A stretch of 64,000 nt of DNA from assembly GCF_009914755.1 (NCBI RefSeq), contig NC_060944.1, one strand, 5' to 3'. This DNA comes from the human T2T-CHM13v2.0 reference genome, Homo sapiens. Positions 1-12,003 of the stretch are shown in pieces (the first letter of the stretch is position 1; each line of letters starts with the position of its first letter). The position numbers and the translations under genes are program-made. The notes below the pieces were generated by a model, which worked only from the letters and a program-made list of their open reading frames with translations, was not told where the DNA came from and searched no databases.

Positions 1-807
1 GGGAAAAGAAAATACTCAAAAGAAGACTTAACCTAGATCAGAGGTCAGGGAAGTCTGCCTTGAAGAAGTGATATGTAAGTCAAGAGCTAAAGGGTGTGTA
101 GACACCATTGAATCTGAAGGATGAGGAAGAGAAATACTGAGCATTGCCCCTGTCAGGAAGGCAGTGCACGTGCACACAGACAGGCCAAAGACTGGGGACC
201 CTTGGAGGACCACGCTGGGACTTCCAGGACACATACATAGGGAAAATATTTACTTTAAATTTATTTACATTAGTTAGGGATTTTTTTTTTTAAATTGAGT
301 AACTTCTATTTTCCAGTCACTATTCTGGCTCCTGTATTACAGAAGTCAAGACGTGCCTGCCTCGTCCTACTTGGGTACCTCTGCGGGTATGTCTATCTTT
401 CTGGACTCCTTATCTGTAAAAAGGGGATAACTAATTCACAGGTTGTCAAAGGAATTAGAGGAAGGAAATATTTACCCTCTCCATGGTATCTCCCCACTGA
501 CCTGAATCACCACCTGGTTCTTGTCCAGGCGCTACTATCCACGCTCCCATTCAAGGCCAATCTCTCCAATGAAGCACCAAGTTCACCGTTTTCAGCCTGC
601 CTAAGGTCATGATTTCAGCCATAGCCCCTCCTGCAACTGTTTTTCCTCTCCAGGAAATTAATCCCATTGTTTTTTAAGATTCAGGACCCTCCTTTCATCT
701 CCCATCCTTCCCAGTGAGCTCCCCTTCTTTGTTTCCCTTTGAGTAAAAACCCTAGAAAATACCATCGCCAAGCTTCTCCCATTCCACTTCAAATATCCCC
801 ATCTCCA

Positions 808-1795
808 TGAGCAAATTCAGGTTTTGTGGGAATTGAAATTTTACAGTTTGGGGAGAGGTGCTTTTTAAAATCAATAGTAGAAAATTATAAATATAAAATT
901 AGGTGTAAAAGTAAATATTTATTTAGAACGAGAATATAAATCATAACAAATTTCAAATGTTAAAATGCTGGCAAATAACATAATCATCACTAAATCCAGA
1001 AAAATAGCATTCAGTTGTATTATTTAATTTCCTGACACTTCTGTGACACTTTTATCCTTGCATCTTTTCATTGGACAATCTTTGATTACCTCTTCACATG
1101 ACAGGAGATTTTAATATAATTTTCTTTGGAGAGCCTAGAAAGATAATCCAACCTTTCCTCTGTCATGGCTGATCAAAATTTGTTTTTAACTATTAAGAGT
1201 TTAGAAAAGTTTCTTTTCAATTCACTTTACTGGTAATATCATATAAATTTTTACTATTATTATCAAATTCTTAAAAAGCCTCTATCAAACTCATGTCAAA
1301 AAGCCTCTTCCAAACTCCAAGCTTTGGAAGAATTTTTCACAGATTGGCTTCTGGCTTCACACATTCCAATTCCTTTTCTTCCTCCACTACCCATATGCTT
1401 CTGGTACTGGTGCCACAGGATATGCTTGTATTATGAGACAACCTCTGGTCCTGCCCCTTGGACAAGACACCTCACAAGTGGACACTGTGGAAGGAAATCA
1501 TTCCTGACAGCCATGCCTACCCAGACTCCCAGCAATAACTAAACTCCACATGAAGTGACTTGGTGGTCAGCTAAATGTGTTCCCGAGTCAACCTCCCTGT
1601 CACTGAATCCCAAAATGCCTCATGACCCTGCTCAAATACCACCAACAAAGTCAAATGGGAATAAACTGAAGTCTTGAAGTCTTAGCTGTGGTTGAAATAT
1701 CTTTCTTTTGCAAATATTCCAAAATTTGTGAACACATCATTAGGGCCCCTCCCAGAGCCTTGGAAGGAGTCCAAGCCACTGAGGGGCCTGAGATG
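808..1795. mobile_element. Arthur1-family (hAT-Tip100) DNA transposon fossil
   Basis: Matches recalled Arthur1 consensus at the start (caggttttgtggg...aaaattaggtgtaaaagtaaatatttatttagaa), internally (agtttagaaaagtttctttt) and at the far end (tagggcccctcccagagccttggaagg). Boundaries approximate. Confidence 0.7.
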
Positions 1796-1949
1796 TGTAT
1801 CTGCATTCTTGGGGAACCTGCTGTGGAAAGCCCCATCTCACGCTCTCAGCAGAGTGCCAGACAGTGGGTGGGGCCCTTGTGGACACTCACTGTGCTTACC
1901 CTCTGGATTCTTATTGCACCTCTCTAGTCCTCGTTTCTCAGGCTCTACT

Positions 1950-2800
1950 GTTCTAAACCTCTCAACATGGGGTACAACAAGGCTCAGAACTCAGCCCTCT
2001 TCTTTAGCTACACAGACTCCTCAGGGAATGGCCAGTCACATGGCTTCAAGTGCCATCCATACCATGATAACTCATACAATTTCATGTCTAGCCCTACTCC
2101 CTGACTCCATTTGCTGATAATCAAGTATCTCATTCACCTCTTCCCTTGATGACTAGTCAGCATTTCGAACTTACCATGCCCCCAACCAGATTCTTCACTT
2201 TCCCCACAAACATGTTACTCCTGCACTCTCTCTCACCTTGGGAAATAGAAATCCTTTCTTTGAGAGGCAAAGGCCAAGAGCCTTGTTCTTCCCTTGCATC
2301 CTCTCTCTGCAGTCCATCAGCAAAGTTTGCCAAGTTTTTAAAATTCACCCAGGATCCAACGAATTCTCTCCACCTCTCTGCTGTGGCCATGGTCCATATA
2401 CCCATAATCCATTTTCCATTTTCCATGGGTGGCTGTACATCCCTGGATAGGTCTCCCTGCTTCCACCGTGACTCCCAGGCTCTACTTCTTATCACACAGT
2501 AGAGGGATCCTGTTAGGATCCTACCTTAACTTGAAATCCCTAGGCTCTCAACTTCCTCAGAGGAAAAGCCAAGATTCCCTGATGTCCCCTGAGGCCATAC
2601 ACTGTCTAAGCCCATTCCCAGCCTCTCTCTGCCTTACCTCTAATCATTTTTCCCCTTGCTCATTTCATCCTAGATAGTGATGATCTGTTTTCCTAAAATG
2701 TAAGTTCCATGAGGGCAAGGACCCCCCCTCACTTCATACCTTATCAGCAGCACCCACCATGCCTGGTACGTGGCAGACCCTCAGGCAACCTTTGCAAAAC
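1950..2800. mobile_element. Degraded L2 LINE fragments
   Basis: L2-like motifs such as 'aatgtaagttccatgagggcaaggac' and 'cctggtacgtggcag'; C/T-rich strand bias. Confidence 0.55.
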
Positions 2801-3553
2801 CAAGACATGGACAGCATTTGATAAAAGCCCAGCCCATGGTATGCATTCAATCTATGTTTCTTAATATTACTACTTTCATTATTCCCATCATCACCGGCAA
2901 AAGGATTTGAAAAGAGAAAGAAAAGAGTACCATTGGCTCTGTAGGGGGCCGCCTCCTTCCTCTCCTACCCTCCACACACCATGACAATGACATGATATTA
3001 ATATCCATTGTGCCTTTTCCACAAAGTAGATTCAGGTGGGTGATGCTAAAAGAAAATCTTTAACTAAAGACTCCACGGGTGTCAAGCTGCAGTTCCTTAG
3101 CAGGCTACTGACTAAATAATATGTTGGCCCTTAGGCAAATATTCAAACTAAAAATCCTTCAGCAGGATGTCCTTCTGTTCCAAGAATCTCATCTTATCTC
3201 CAAAGAAGGAATGTTACAATTAGCAATTCAGAAACTCTTTTACATCTTAGTAACCATGCATAAAAATTAATTCAAGCAAAACCTAATTTAGAATAATAAT
3301 AACATGCTTTCCTAATGTTTCCTACATTAATCATGGTTAAGACAGTTACTATAGCAGCGCTGTTGGAGTTTATTGAAAATAACGTAATTCACTGTGTTGC
3401 AAGTTCTCTTCTGAGAGTGCTGCTGTTTGTTTAAGCAGGATAGAAAGAAGTAAGGAGGCATCCTCTTTCCTTTGAACTAATTTGAAGTTAGATAGCAGAC
3501 ACAGACAAAAGTAATAAAGTGTTGTTTACTCTGAAGTGGGGGGTGGTGACCTT

Positions 3554-3859
3554 TGTTTTTTATGATAAGATGAGTTTTAAATTTGTACTCTCAGTCTCAT
3601 CTTTTTGCTCCTATGCAGGAAAAAGAAATACGGGATGATGGAGTCAAGTTCAAAGAGGAGGGAAAATACCACGCATGTATTGTGGCTGAGCCACTCCCTG
3701 TCTTTTTTTATGTTTTTTATGATTAGATGAGTTTTAAGTTTGTACTCTCAGTCTCATCTTTTTGCTCCTATGCAGGAAAAAGAAATACGGGATGATGGAG
3801 TCAAGTTCAAAGAGGAGGGAAAATACCACACACGTATTGTGACTGAGCCACTGCCTGTC
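3554..3859 (+). repeat. Local tandem duplication, two ~149-bp copies (period 157)
   Basis: 3554-3702 and 3711-3859 align without gaps, with about 6 substitutions, separated by an 8-nt 'ttttttta' spacer. Confidence 0.95.
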
Positions 3860-4315
3860 AGAATGAAGTCAACCCTCACTTCTGTCTTTTGAGTTTTCCC
3901 AAGGAGCCAAAGCCAGCCTTGAAGGTCACAATGAGGGGTCAATGGTCAGAAGAAGCCAATGAAAAGAATGTCAGAAATTGGAAAAAGTCTAGAAAAGCAT
4001 AAACAGCGCTTGATTGCACTAGAGTTTCCTCATATATTCAACCCAAAGCCCTTGGGTTCTGGTATTCACAACAATGGCTGGACCCAACTCTTCCTATGCT
4101 CAGCCACTCTTCAGCTGCCATTCAGGCAGCCACCTGTGTCAGATTTCCATGCAGGGTACGGACATTGCTGATGTTGTTGTAGGTTTCTCTTAGCAGAATA
4201 CAATGAGTCAGTGCAGTCGGACAGACCTGGGCTCAAACCTCTGCTATGCCATAAACTAGCTGCCTCATGTCTAGCAAATCACGTGATTCCTCAGGAGCTG
4301 TTTATTCCACTGTAG

Positions 4316-4554
4316 CAGGATTTCTCCACCTTGGCACTTTTGACATTGAGAGCTGGATAATTCTCTCTTGAGAGGCTGTCCTGTGCATTGCTGTTAAATA
4401 CCCAACACATCCCTGCTGTGGGGTATTTACCAGCATCCCTGGCCTCTGCCCACTAGATGCCAGTGGTGCCCCTATAGTATTGACAATAAAAAATGTCTAC
4501 AGACATTGCCACATGTTCCCAGGAGGACAAAACCACCCCAGTTGAGAGCCACTG
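4316..4554. mobile_element. MER20 (hAT-Charlie MITE)
   Basis: 'caggatttctccaccttggcacttttgacatt...cactagatgccagt...aaaaatgtctacagacattgcc...gttgagagccactg' is typical of MER20. Confidence 0.85.
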
Positions 4555-5533
4555 AACTGTAAAATAGAGATAAACAGCGTAGCTCTTTGTTACAGATATG
4601 AAATGTGGCAAGCTGCCCCGGATGGACTGGGAACCCCATGAGGGCAGACATCATGCAGGATGTGCTTGTGGAATTAATGAATTTAGGAAAAACCCTCAGG
4701 CATTGAGCACATCCTTTGATATGACGATTATGAAAAGCTTCTCTTCCGCTGATTAGAAAAAAATACACTTCTTTTTCTCAAAAATACTTAAACACCACGA
4801 TTTCACAGTTAATAAAATAGAAGAGCTTTGTCTTGGAAACCTCACCACCATTTTCACAACCAATGGGAGAACTTTGGTCCAGGTCATATGAAGAACTATG
4901 TTTTCAGTCAAACTTTTGCAATAGAAGCAAGACAAATCAGGCTTACTCATTTCTATCAAAGGCATCTGAGTTAACACATTCCTAGAGGGCCTTTTCTATA
5001 AGATATTTTTACTTTCATTTTTATTCTCATTTGGTAGACAGGCCTTTCCACTCTCTTGCATTTCCTTTTGCTTTTTTTCTTTTTGTAAGTCCCAGAACAA
5101 TTTCAAAGACAGCATTTGCATTCTCCAGTTCACTGAAGACATATTTACTTTAGCCTAGCAAGTAGTGCACATTTCAAATGTTGACTGGTCACACGTAAAA
5201 ACCAAATCTGATTTCCTCCTGGGTTCTGTTACTGAAGATGCTCTGCCTTCACTTAATCCCATGGGGATTGGTGTTCAAAAATGTTTTTAATATCAGCTAT
5301 GTAAATATCCATTCTATCCTTGAATTTTTTAATTAAATGTTTTATTTTGACACAAATGTAAAGTCGCATGCAGTTGTAAGAAATAACCCAGAGAGATTCC
5401 CTACACTCTTTATCCAGTTCCTGCCAATAGAAACATCTTTCAAAACTATAGTACAATATACACCTGAATATTGCCTTTGATCCAGTCAAAATAAAACACT
5501 TCTGCCTTTACAAGAACTCTTCATGTTGCCTTT

Positions 5534-5906
5534 TGATATGATTTGGCTGCGTCCCCACCCAAATCTTATCTTGAACTGTAATTTCCATAATCCCCATGTG
5601 TCATGGGAGGGACTTAGTGGGAGGTCATTGAATCATGGGGACGGTTACCCTCATGCTGTTTTCGTGATAGTGAGTGAGTTCTCATGAGATCTGATGGTTT
5701 TATAAGAGGCTTTCCCCCCACTTTGCTCTGCACTTCTCCTTGTTGCCACCATGTGAAGGACATGTTTGGTTCCCCTTCCACCATGATTGTAAGTTTCCTG
5801 AGGCCTCCCCAGACCTGAAGAACTGTGAGTCAATTAAATCTCTTTCTTTTATAAATTATCCGGTCTCGGTTATGTCCTTATAGCAGTGTGAGAACAGACT
5901 GATACA
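5534..5906 (+). mobile_element. THE1D-like MaLR solo LTR
   Basis: TG...CA termini, 'tgatatgatttggctgcgtccccacccaaatc', 'gagatctgatggttttataag'; near-TSD ccttt/cctgt. Confidence 0.85.
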
Positions 5907-6009
5907 CCTGTTGTAGCCACACCATCTTCTCTCCTACTCCAACCCTTCTTAACCCCTGCCAACCATTAATCCCATCTCTATTTCTATGATTTTTTGTCAC
6001 CTCAATAAG

Positions 6010-6582
6010 TGTAATGGTTAATTTTACGTGTCCACTTGGCTGGGCCACTGGGTGCCCAGATACTTTGTTGAACATTTATTTCTGGGTGCATCTATGGAGT
6101 TAGCACTATGGAGTCAGTAGAGGAGTAAAGCAGATTGCTCCCCGAGGTGGGCAGGCATCACCCTATTCCTTGAGGGGCTGAATGAAACAAAAAGGAAGAA
6201 GAAGGAAAAGTTCACTCTCTGCCTGACTGCAAGAGCTGGAATAAGGCTCTTCTCCGTCCTTGGGCTAGGACTTGCAGCATCACTTCTTCTGGCCCTCAGG
6301 CCTTCAGCTTTGGACTGGAGCTTACACCATCAGTTCCATGCATTCTCAGGCCTTTGGTCTCACACTGGAACTTACACCATCATTTCTCCTGGTTCTCATA
6401 CCTTCGGTCTCAGACTGGAACTACACCATGGGCTTTCCTGGATCTCCAGCTTGCAAAGGGACATTGTGGAACTTCTCACTCTCCATAATTGCACCAGCCC
6501 ATTCCTTATAATACATCCCTTTTCCCTCTCACTCTCTGTCTCTCACTTTCATTCTGTTTGCTGGAGAACTCTGACTGATACA
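6010..6582 (+). mobile_element. MLT2 (ERVL) solo LTR
   Basis: 'tgtaatggttaattttacgtgtccacttggctggg...ctggagaactctgactgataca'; near-TSD ataag/agaag. Confidence 0.8.
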
Positions 6583-7681
6583 AGAAGCATATATAAATGG
6601 AACCATTCAGTATGTAAACTTGGGGGATTGGTTTCTTTCACTCCGAATAATTCTCTGGAGATTCGCCTATGTTATTAAGTGAATCAACGAGTATTTTTAT
6701 TGTTTAGTCACATTCTGTGCTATGGATGTACCATGGTTTGTTTAAATCATTCACCCAATAAAAGACATGTGGGATGTTTTCTACCAGTTTTTAGTTATTT
6801 ATTATGAATGAAGCTATCATGAATATTCATATATAGGTTTTTGTGTGAACATAAGTTTTCATTTTCCTGGGATAAATGCCTAAGAGTTCAATGACTGGCT
6901 GTTTTCAACTTTCCTCCTTGTGTTCAGTTCTCGGAAGTTTAATTATGATGCGTTTGGCATAGATGTTTTTAAATGGATCCTATTTGTGGTTTACTCAGCT
7001 TCTTGCATCTGTAGGTTTATGTCTCTTGCCAGACTGGGATGGTTTAGCCATGATTTCCTTAAACACGTTTTTAGCTCTGCCCTGTTTTCCCTCTCCTCCA
7101 AAGATTCCAGTGACATCAATGTTAGATCTATTTTTAATAGTCTCATGGGTGCCTGAGGCTCTGTCATTTTTGTTTTTAATTTATTTTTTCTCTGCTTTTC
7201 TTTGGTTCTTTCTGTTTACTATTTTCCCCTTTCTTCTGCATTCTGCTCTTTAGACTATACACTGAATTATTTTTAATTTTTGTTATCCTATTTTTCAGTT
7301 CTCCAATATCCATTTTGTCCTTCTTTATATCTTCTATTTCTTTGATGAGACATATCATGTCTTTTCTGAGGCACTCTCCTTTTGCTTTGTTTGTATGAGG
7401 TGTATTTGTATTTGCTCATTGGAGGATTTTATTGTTGCTTCTTTAAAGACTTTGTCAAATAATTCTAACATCTTTATTGTCTCAGTGCTGGCATCTATTG
7501 ATTCCCTTTTCTCATTCAATTTGGGCTGTTGTTTTCTAAAACTTTTCTCTAGTCATAGGCTTCTGCTTTCCGGATTCTTTGGCTAGAGAAAGCAGACTTT
7601 GAAGGGAACTTTGTGGTTTGCACTTCGTAGTATATCCAGGTTGCTGGCTTCTCCAGCACCTAGCTTGGGATATATGGGACC

Positions 7682-8053
7682 TGTATTTGTCCATTTTCAT
7701 GCTGTTGATAAAGACATACCAGAGACTGAGCAATTTAAAAAAGAAAGAGATTTAAATGGACTTAGAGTTCCACGTGGCTGGGGAAGCCTCACAATCACAA
7801 TCATGGTGGAAGGCAAGAAGGAGCAAGTCCCATCTTACACGGATGGCAGCAGGCAGAGAGAATGAGGAAGATGCAAAAGAGGAAACCCCAGATAAAACCA
7901 TCAGATCTCATGAGATTTACTCACTACCACGAGAACAGTCTGGGAGAAACTCCCCTCATGATTCAGTTATCTCCCACCAGGTCCCTCCCACAACACATGG
8001 GAATTATGAGAGTACAATTGAGATTCAGGTGGGGACACAGCCAAACCATATCA
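7682..8053 (-). mobile_element. THE1B-like MaLR solo LTR
   Basis: 'tgtatttgtccattttcatgctgttgataaagacatacc...gggacacagccaaaccatatca'; near-TSD ggacc/agacc. Confidence 0.88.
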
Positions 8054-8164
8054 AGACCCATAGAAGACCCAAAGAAGTGTCAGTGACCATGCTGTTTTGG
8101 GGGGATCCTGAGTTCCTAAGTGGTCTGCCTCTGCTATCCACCTTTCAGAGTCTCCTTGTACTCG

Positions 8165-8335
8165 ATATATACATGTGTGTATACATGCGTGTGTATATAT
8201 GCTATATATGTGTATATATAGTATGATATATATTCTATATACTATGTATATACTGTATGATTATAAAAGTATATACTATGTATATGCAGGGAAAGTGTGT
8301 GTGCATGTGTGTGTGTACATAGATATTATATATGT
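8165..8335. repeat. (TA)/(TG)-rich low-complexity tract
   Basis: Direct inspection. Confidence 0.8.
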
Positions 8336-8931
8336 CTCCCAGGGTTTTGACTAAACTTAGCAAGATGAATTAGATACAGTATGTGTATTTCCTCCTCCTG
8401 GAAGCAGAAGTCTGGCAATATTTTAACACAGTCAGTGAGACAGTACACACAGGTATAATCAATGCAAAGACTAGCTCCGCCATGAGCTTATAAGGTAATT
8501 AACTATTCCGAGCCTCAGCGTCCACCTCTGTTAAAGGAGATCGTCACAGAGCCTCCTGCTTGCAATCATTCCCAGGGACAATGTCCCTGGAATTTAGAGT
8601 GAGGCTCACCCTGTGGCTCTGGTTAGTCATGGCCATGCTGTCTCGTGCATAGGAGGTATCTTCTCTGCATTGAGCAGCTGTTCTTTCCCAGAGTGCTGCT
8701 GGGCAGGAAAGTAACAGATAGAGATGAAGTGGGGATGCTTACAGCAAAGAGGTCCATTTTGTTCTTACTTGGTACTGGCAGAATCAGTTTAGTGGACTCG
8801 AAGTGGGCATCGCCTGGGAGCTGGTGAGAAGTGTGGAAATTTAGGGGGCAGGAGGGGGAGGAATCAGAACCTGCATTTTAACAAGAGCCCAGGCGATTTG
8901 TGTGCACGCCGCAGCTTGAAAAGTGACTTCA

Positions 8932-9261
<330 letters not shown>

Positions 9262-9415
9262 GAAAACTGACTTTAGAGAGTGGGCAAATTTGGAACCCCT
9301 GAGGGTTTCACAGCAGGCACAATCCTCCCGCAGGGCAAACAGCAGCTCATGCATGCATGTTTATTTTTGGCCACCAGGAAGGTGAAAAAGCAAAGCAGAG
9401 GCCAAGGGAAAACTG

Positions 9416-9570
9416 GCAGGGGACAGGCAGGAGAGGCCCATGTCAGGACCAAGAATCCCCCGTGAATCAGAGACACGGAAGGGCAGGAGCAGGGGGCAGG
9501 CAGGAGAGGCCCATGTCAGGACCAATAATCCCCCATGAGTCAGAGACACGGGAGGGCAGGAGAAGGGAGG
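9416..9570 (+). repeat. Tandem duplication, ~2.1 copies of a 73-bp G-rich unit
   Basis: 'caggcaggagaggcccatgtcaggaccaa.aatccccc.tga.tcagagacacgg.agggcaggag' occurs at 9424 and 9497. Confidence 0.93.
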
Positions 9571-10865
9571 CCCGTCATGGGAGCTGCAGATTCTCTTGCT
9601 GTCCCTGCCTCCATCTCGTCTTCCCCGTGCAGTCCCCATTCCTTTCTCAGATACATTTGCATTCACTCTCTTTACTACCCCCTGCCTAGGGTGGGCTTGT
9701 TTGGCAGTTAGTGCAGATTCATTTTCCACAGTGAAAGCTCCCAGGTGACCTTTAGGTTTATCCCAGTTTGCTTGTGGCTTTGATGTGAATGTGACATAAG
9801 TGCATAGGAAGAAGTGTCTCTCCACTGGGGAGACAGGGGAGCCCTCCTGAACAACACAGCCAGAGGGTCACAGCATTCGTAAACCCCAAAGACTGAGGAT
9901 GGATCACCCATCAGCTCTGGTTCACCTTGAAAACGGAGACGGGAAAACAACTAAGGAGACAGGAGAATCCTCTCTGGCAAAGCATCTTACATAAGTAAAG
10001 CAGAGAGCAATGCCCTCTGCCCTCTGCTCCGAAACACAGAGGGGAGCTTGGGTTGTTGTTCAGAACTCCAAGCGCATGGGTTTTGCAGGTTGCAGGAGGG
10101 AGATAGTCCTGTTCCTTGTGCAGAGAAGATGGCTGGAAACCACCCAGGGATTGAGGAAATGTTCCCTCCTTCCTTTGAGTGAGGGGATGTTTGAGGCTCA
10201 TAAGCTGAAGAAGTAGTGAGCTTCTGTGTCCTTGGACCTCAGATCACCCTTGGCCAGTCCAGATAAATTATACCTCCAAGGCGGTGGTGATGGTGGTGGC
10301 CAAGGGAAAAAAGCGTCTGTGGCAAACTTGTGCTTTCCTGCCTGGCTTAAAACCAGAAACTGGTGTGAACGACAGGACAGAGTTACTGAGCACTTGCTAG
10401 CCTGAATATGAGGCCAGTTTTCTTTTTTTATAAGCAATGCGAAAACCCTGACTATAAAATATGAAAATAAGACATCAAAGAAAGAACATGAGTAGAAAAG
10501 AGGTCTAGAGACAAACAGGATGTTTGAACCTAGGAGCTCCCCCAGAACTTTCTCCTCTAGCAATTCACCCCACCTTCGCATTTGACAATCGTGTGCACCA
10601 GCAGTTGATGCCACCCACTGTGTGTTGTGCTTCTGGGAATCAGGCAGAGAGGTCTCCAAGGAGCCTTCTTTGATTGACAAATTCAAGTGGCCTAATGGTG
10701 TCACATTTGGTTTGAACCATTTGGAAGTTTAAGCTGAAAATAAACTTGCCAAGTTCTCATCACACACAAAGTTAATAATATTCAGTGAAATAATTCAGAA
10801 CAAGATATGATTAGGAAAAGGAATTCCCAAAATTGCTGTGTACCATTGCCACATCATATTCTGGG

Positions 10866-11223
10866 TGTATTAGTCTGTTCTCAGGATGCAGATAAAGACA
10901 TACTCGAGACTGGGTAATTTACAAAGAAAAAGAGGTTTAAAACAATTCTATGTGGCTGGGAAGACCTCACAATCATGGCAGAAGGCAAAAGTCATGCCTT
11001 ACATGGCAGCAGACAAGACAGAATGAGAGCCAAGTGAAAAGGGAGACCTTTTCTAAAACCATCAGATCTCATGAGACTTTTTCACTACCAGGAGAACAGT
11101 ATGGGGGAGGACCCATCCGCATGATTCAATTACCTCCCACTGGGATCCTCCCACGACACATGGGAATTGTGGGAGCTACAATTCAAGATGAGATTTGGAT
11201 GGGGACACAGCCAAACCATATCA
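10866..11223 (-). mobile_element. THE1B/C-like MaLR solo LTR
   Basis: TG...CA termini, THE1 motifs, perfect 5-bp TSD ctggg (10861-10865 and 11224-11228). Confidence 0.92.
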
Positions 11224-11498
11224 CTGGGCCCTTCCAAAGGCTCTAAGTTAAAAAAGAAAGAAAAGGCACGATAAAAAATAAGTTTGAACTGGGGAGAAAA
11301 ATGTGGAGGACAAAAGAAAAACATACGTCCAAGATGCCCCTGTCCTTGGCTTATGTCATGATTTTATTTTCCTGGTTGTATCCATTTCCTAGAAATGTAT
11401 GCATTTCTAAAGTAATGATTCAGCCACATGAGCAACTTCTCAGTAACCCAGCCTTGGCTCCTGTATTGGTCAGTTCTCACTGCTTTAAAGAAATACCC

Positions 11499-11784
11499 GG
11501 CCAGGCATGGTGTCTCACGCCTGTAATCCCAGCACTTTGGGAGGCTGAGGCGGGTGGATCACGATGTGAGGAGTTCGAGACCAGCCTGGCCAAGATGGTG
11601 AAACCCCGTCTCTACTAAAAATACAAAAATTAGCAGGGGAGTGGTGGTAGGTGCCTCTAGTCCCAGCTACTTGGGAGGCCGAGGCAGCGAGAATCGCTTG
11701 AACCCAGGAGGCAGAGGTTGCAGTGAGCCAAGATCATGTCACTGCACTCCAGCCTCGTGACAGCGAGATTCCATCTCATAAAAA
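11499..11784 (+). mobile_element. AluS (Sg-like), A tail nearly absent
   Basis: Alu consensus from ggccaggc to ccatctcataaaaa; no 3' TSD. Confidence 0.92.
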
Positions 11785-11791
11785 CCTGGAA

Positions 11792-12003
11792 CCGCCTCCC
11801 AGGTTCAAGTGATTCTCCTGCCTCAGCCTCCCGAGTAGCTGAGACTACAGGAGCGTACTACCATGCCCAGCTAATTTTTGTATTTTTAGTAGAGATGGGG
11901 TTTCACCTTCTTGGCCAGGCTGGTCTTGAACTCCTGACCTCATGATCTGCCTGCCTTGGCCTCCCAAAGTGCTGGGATTACAGACGTGAGCTACTGTGCC
12001 CAA
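11792..12003 (-). mobile_element. 3'-truncated AluS (Sg-like), antisense
   Basis: 'ccgcctcccaggttcaagtgattctcc...gggattacagacgtgagctactgtgccc'. Confidence 0.92.

Larger units (their letters stand above)
5320..8420 (-). mobile_element. Old L1M (L1MC-like) LINE, interrupted by three LTR insertions
   Basis: Antisense 3'-end motif 'catgcagttgtaagaaataacccagagagattccc...aaaactatagtacaata', plus T-rich L1M body fragments on either side of the nested LTRs. Confidence 0.6.
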
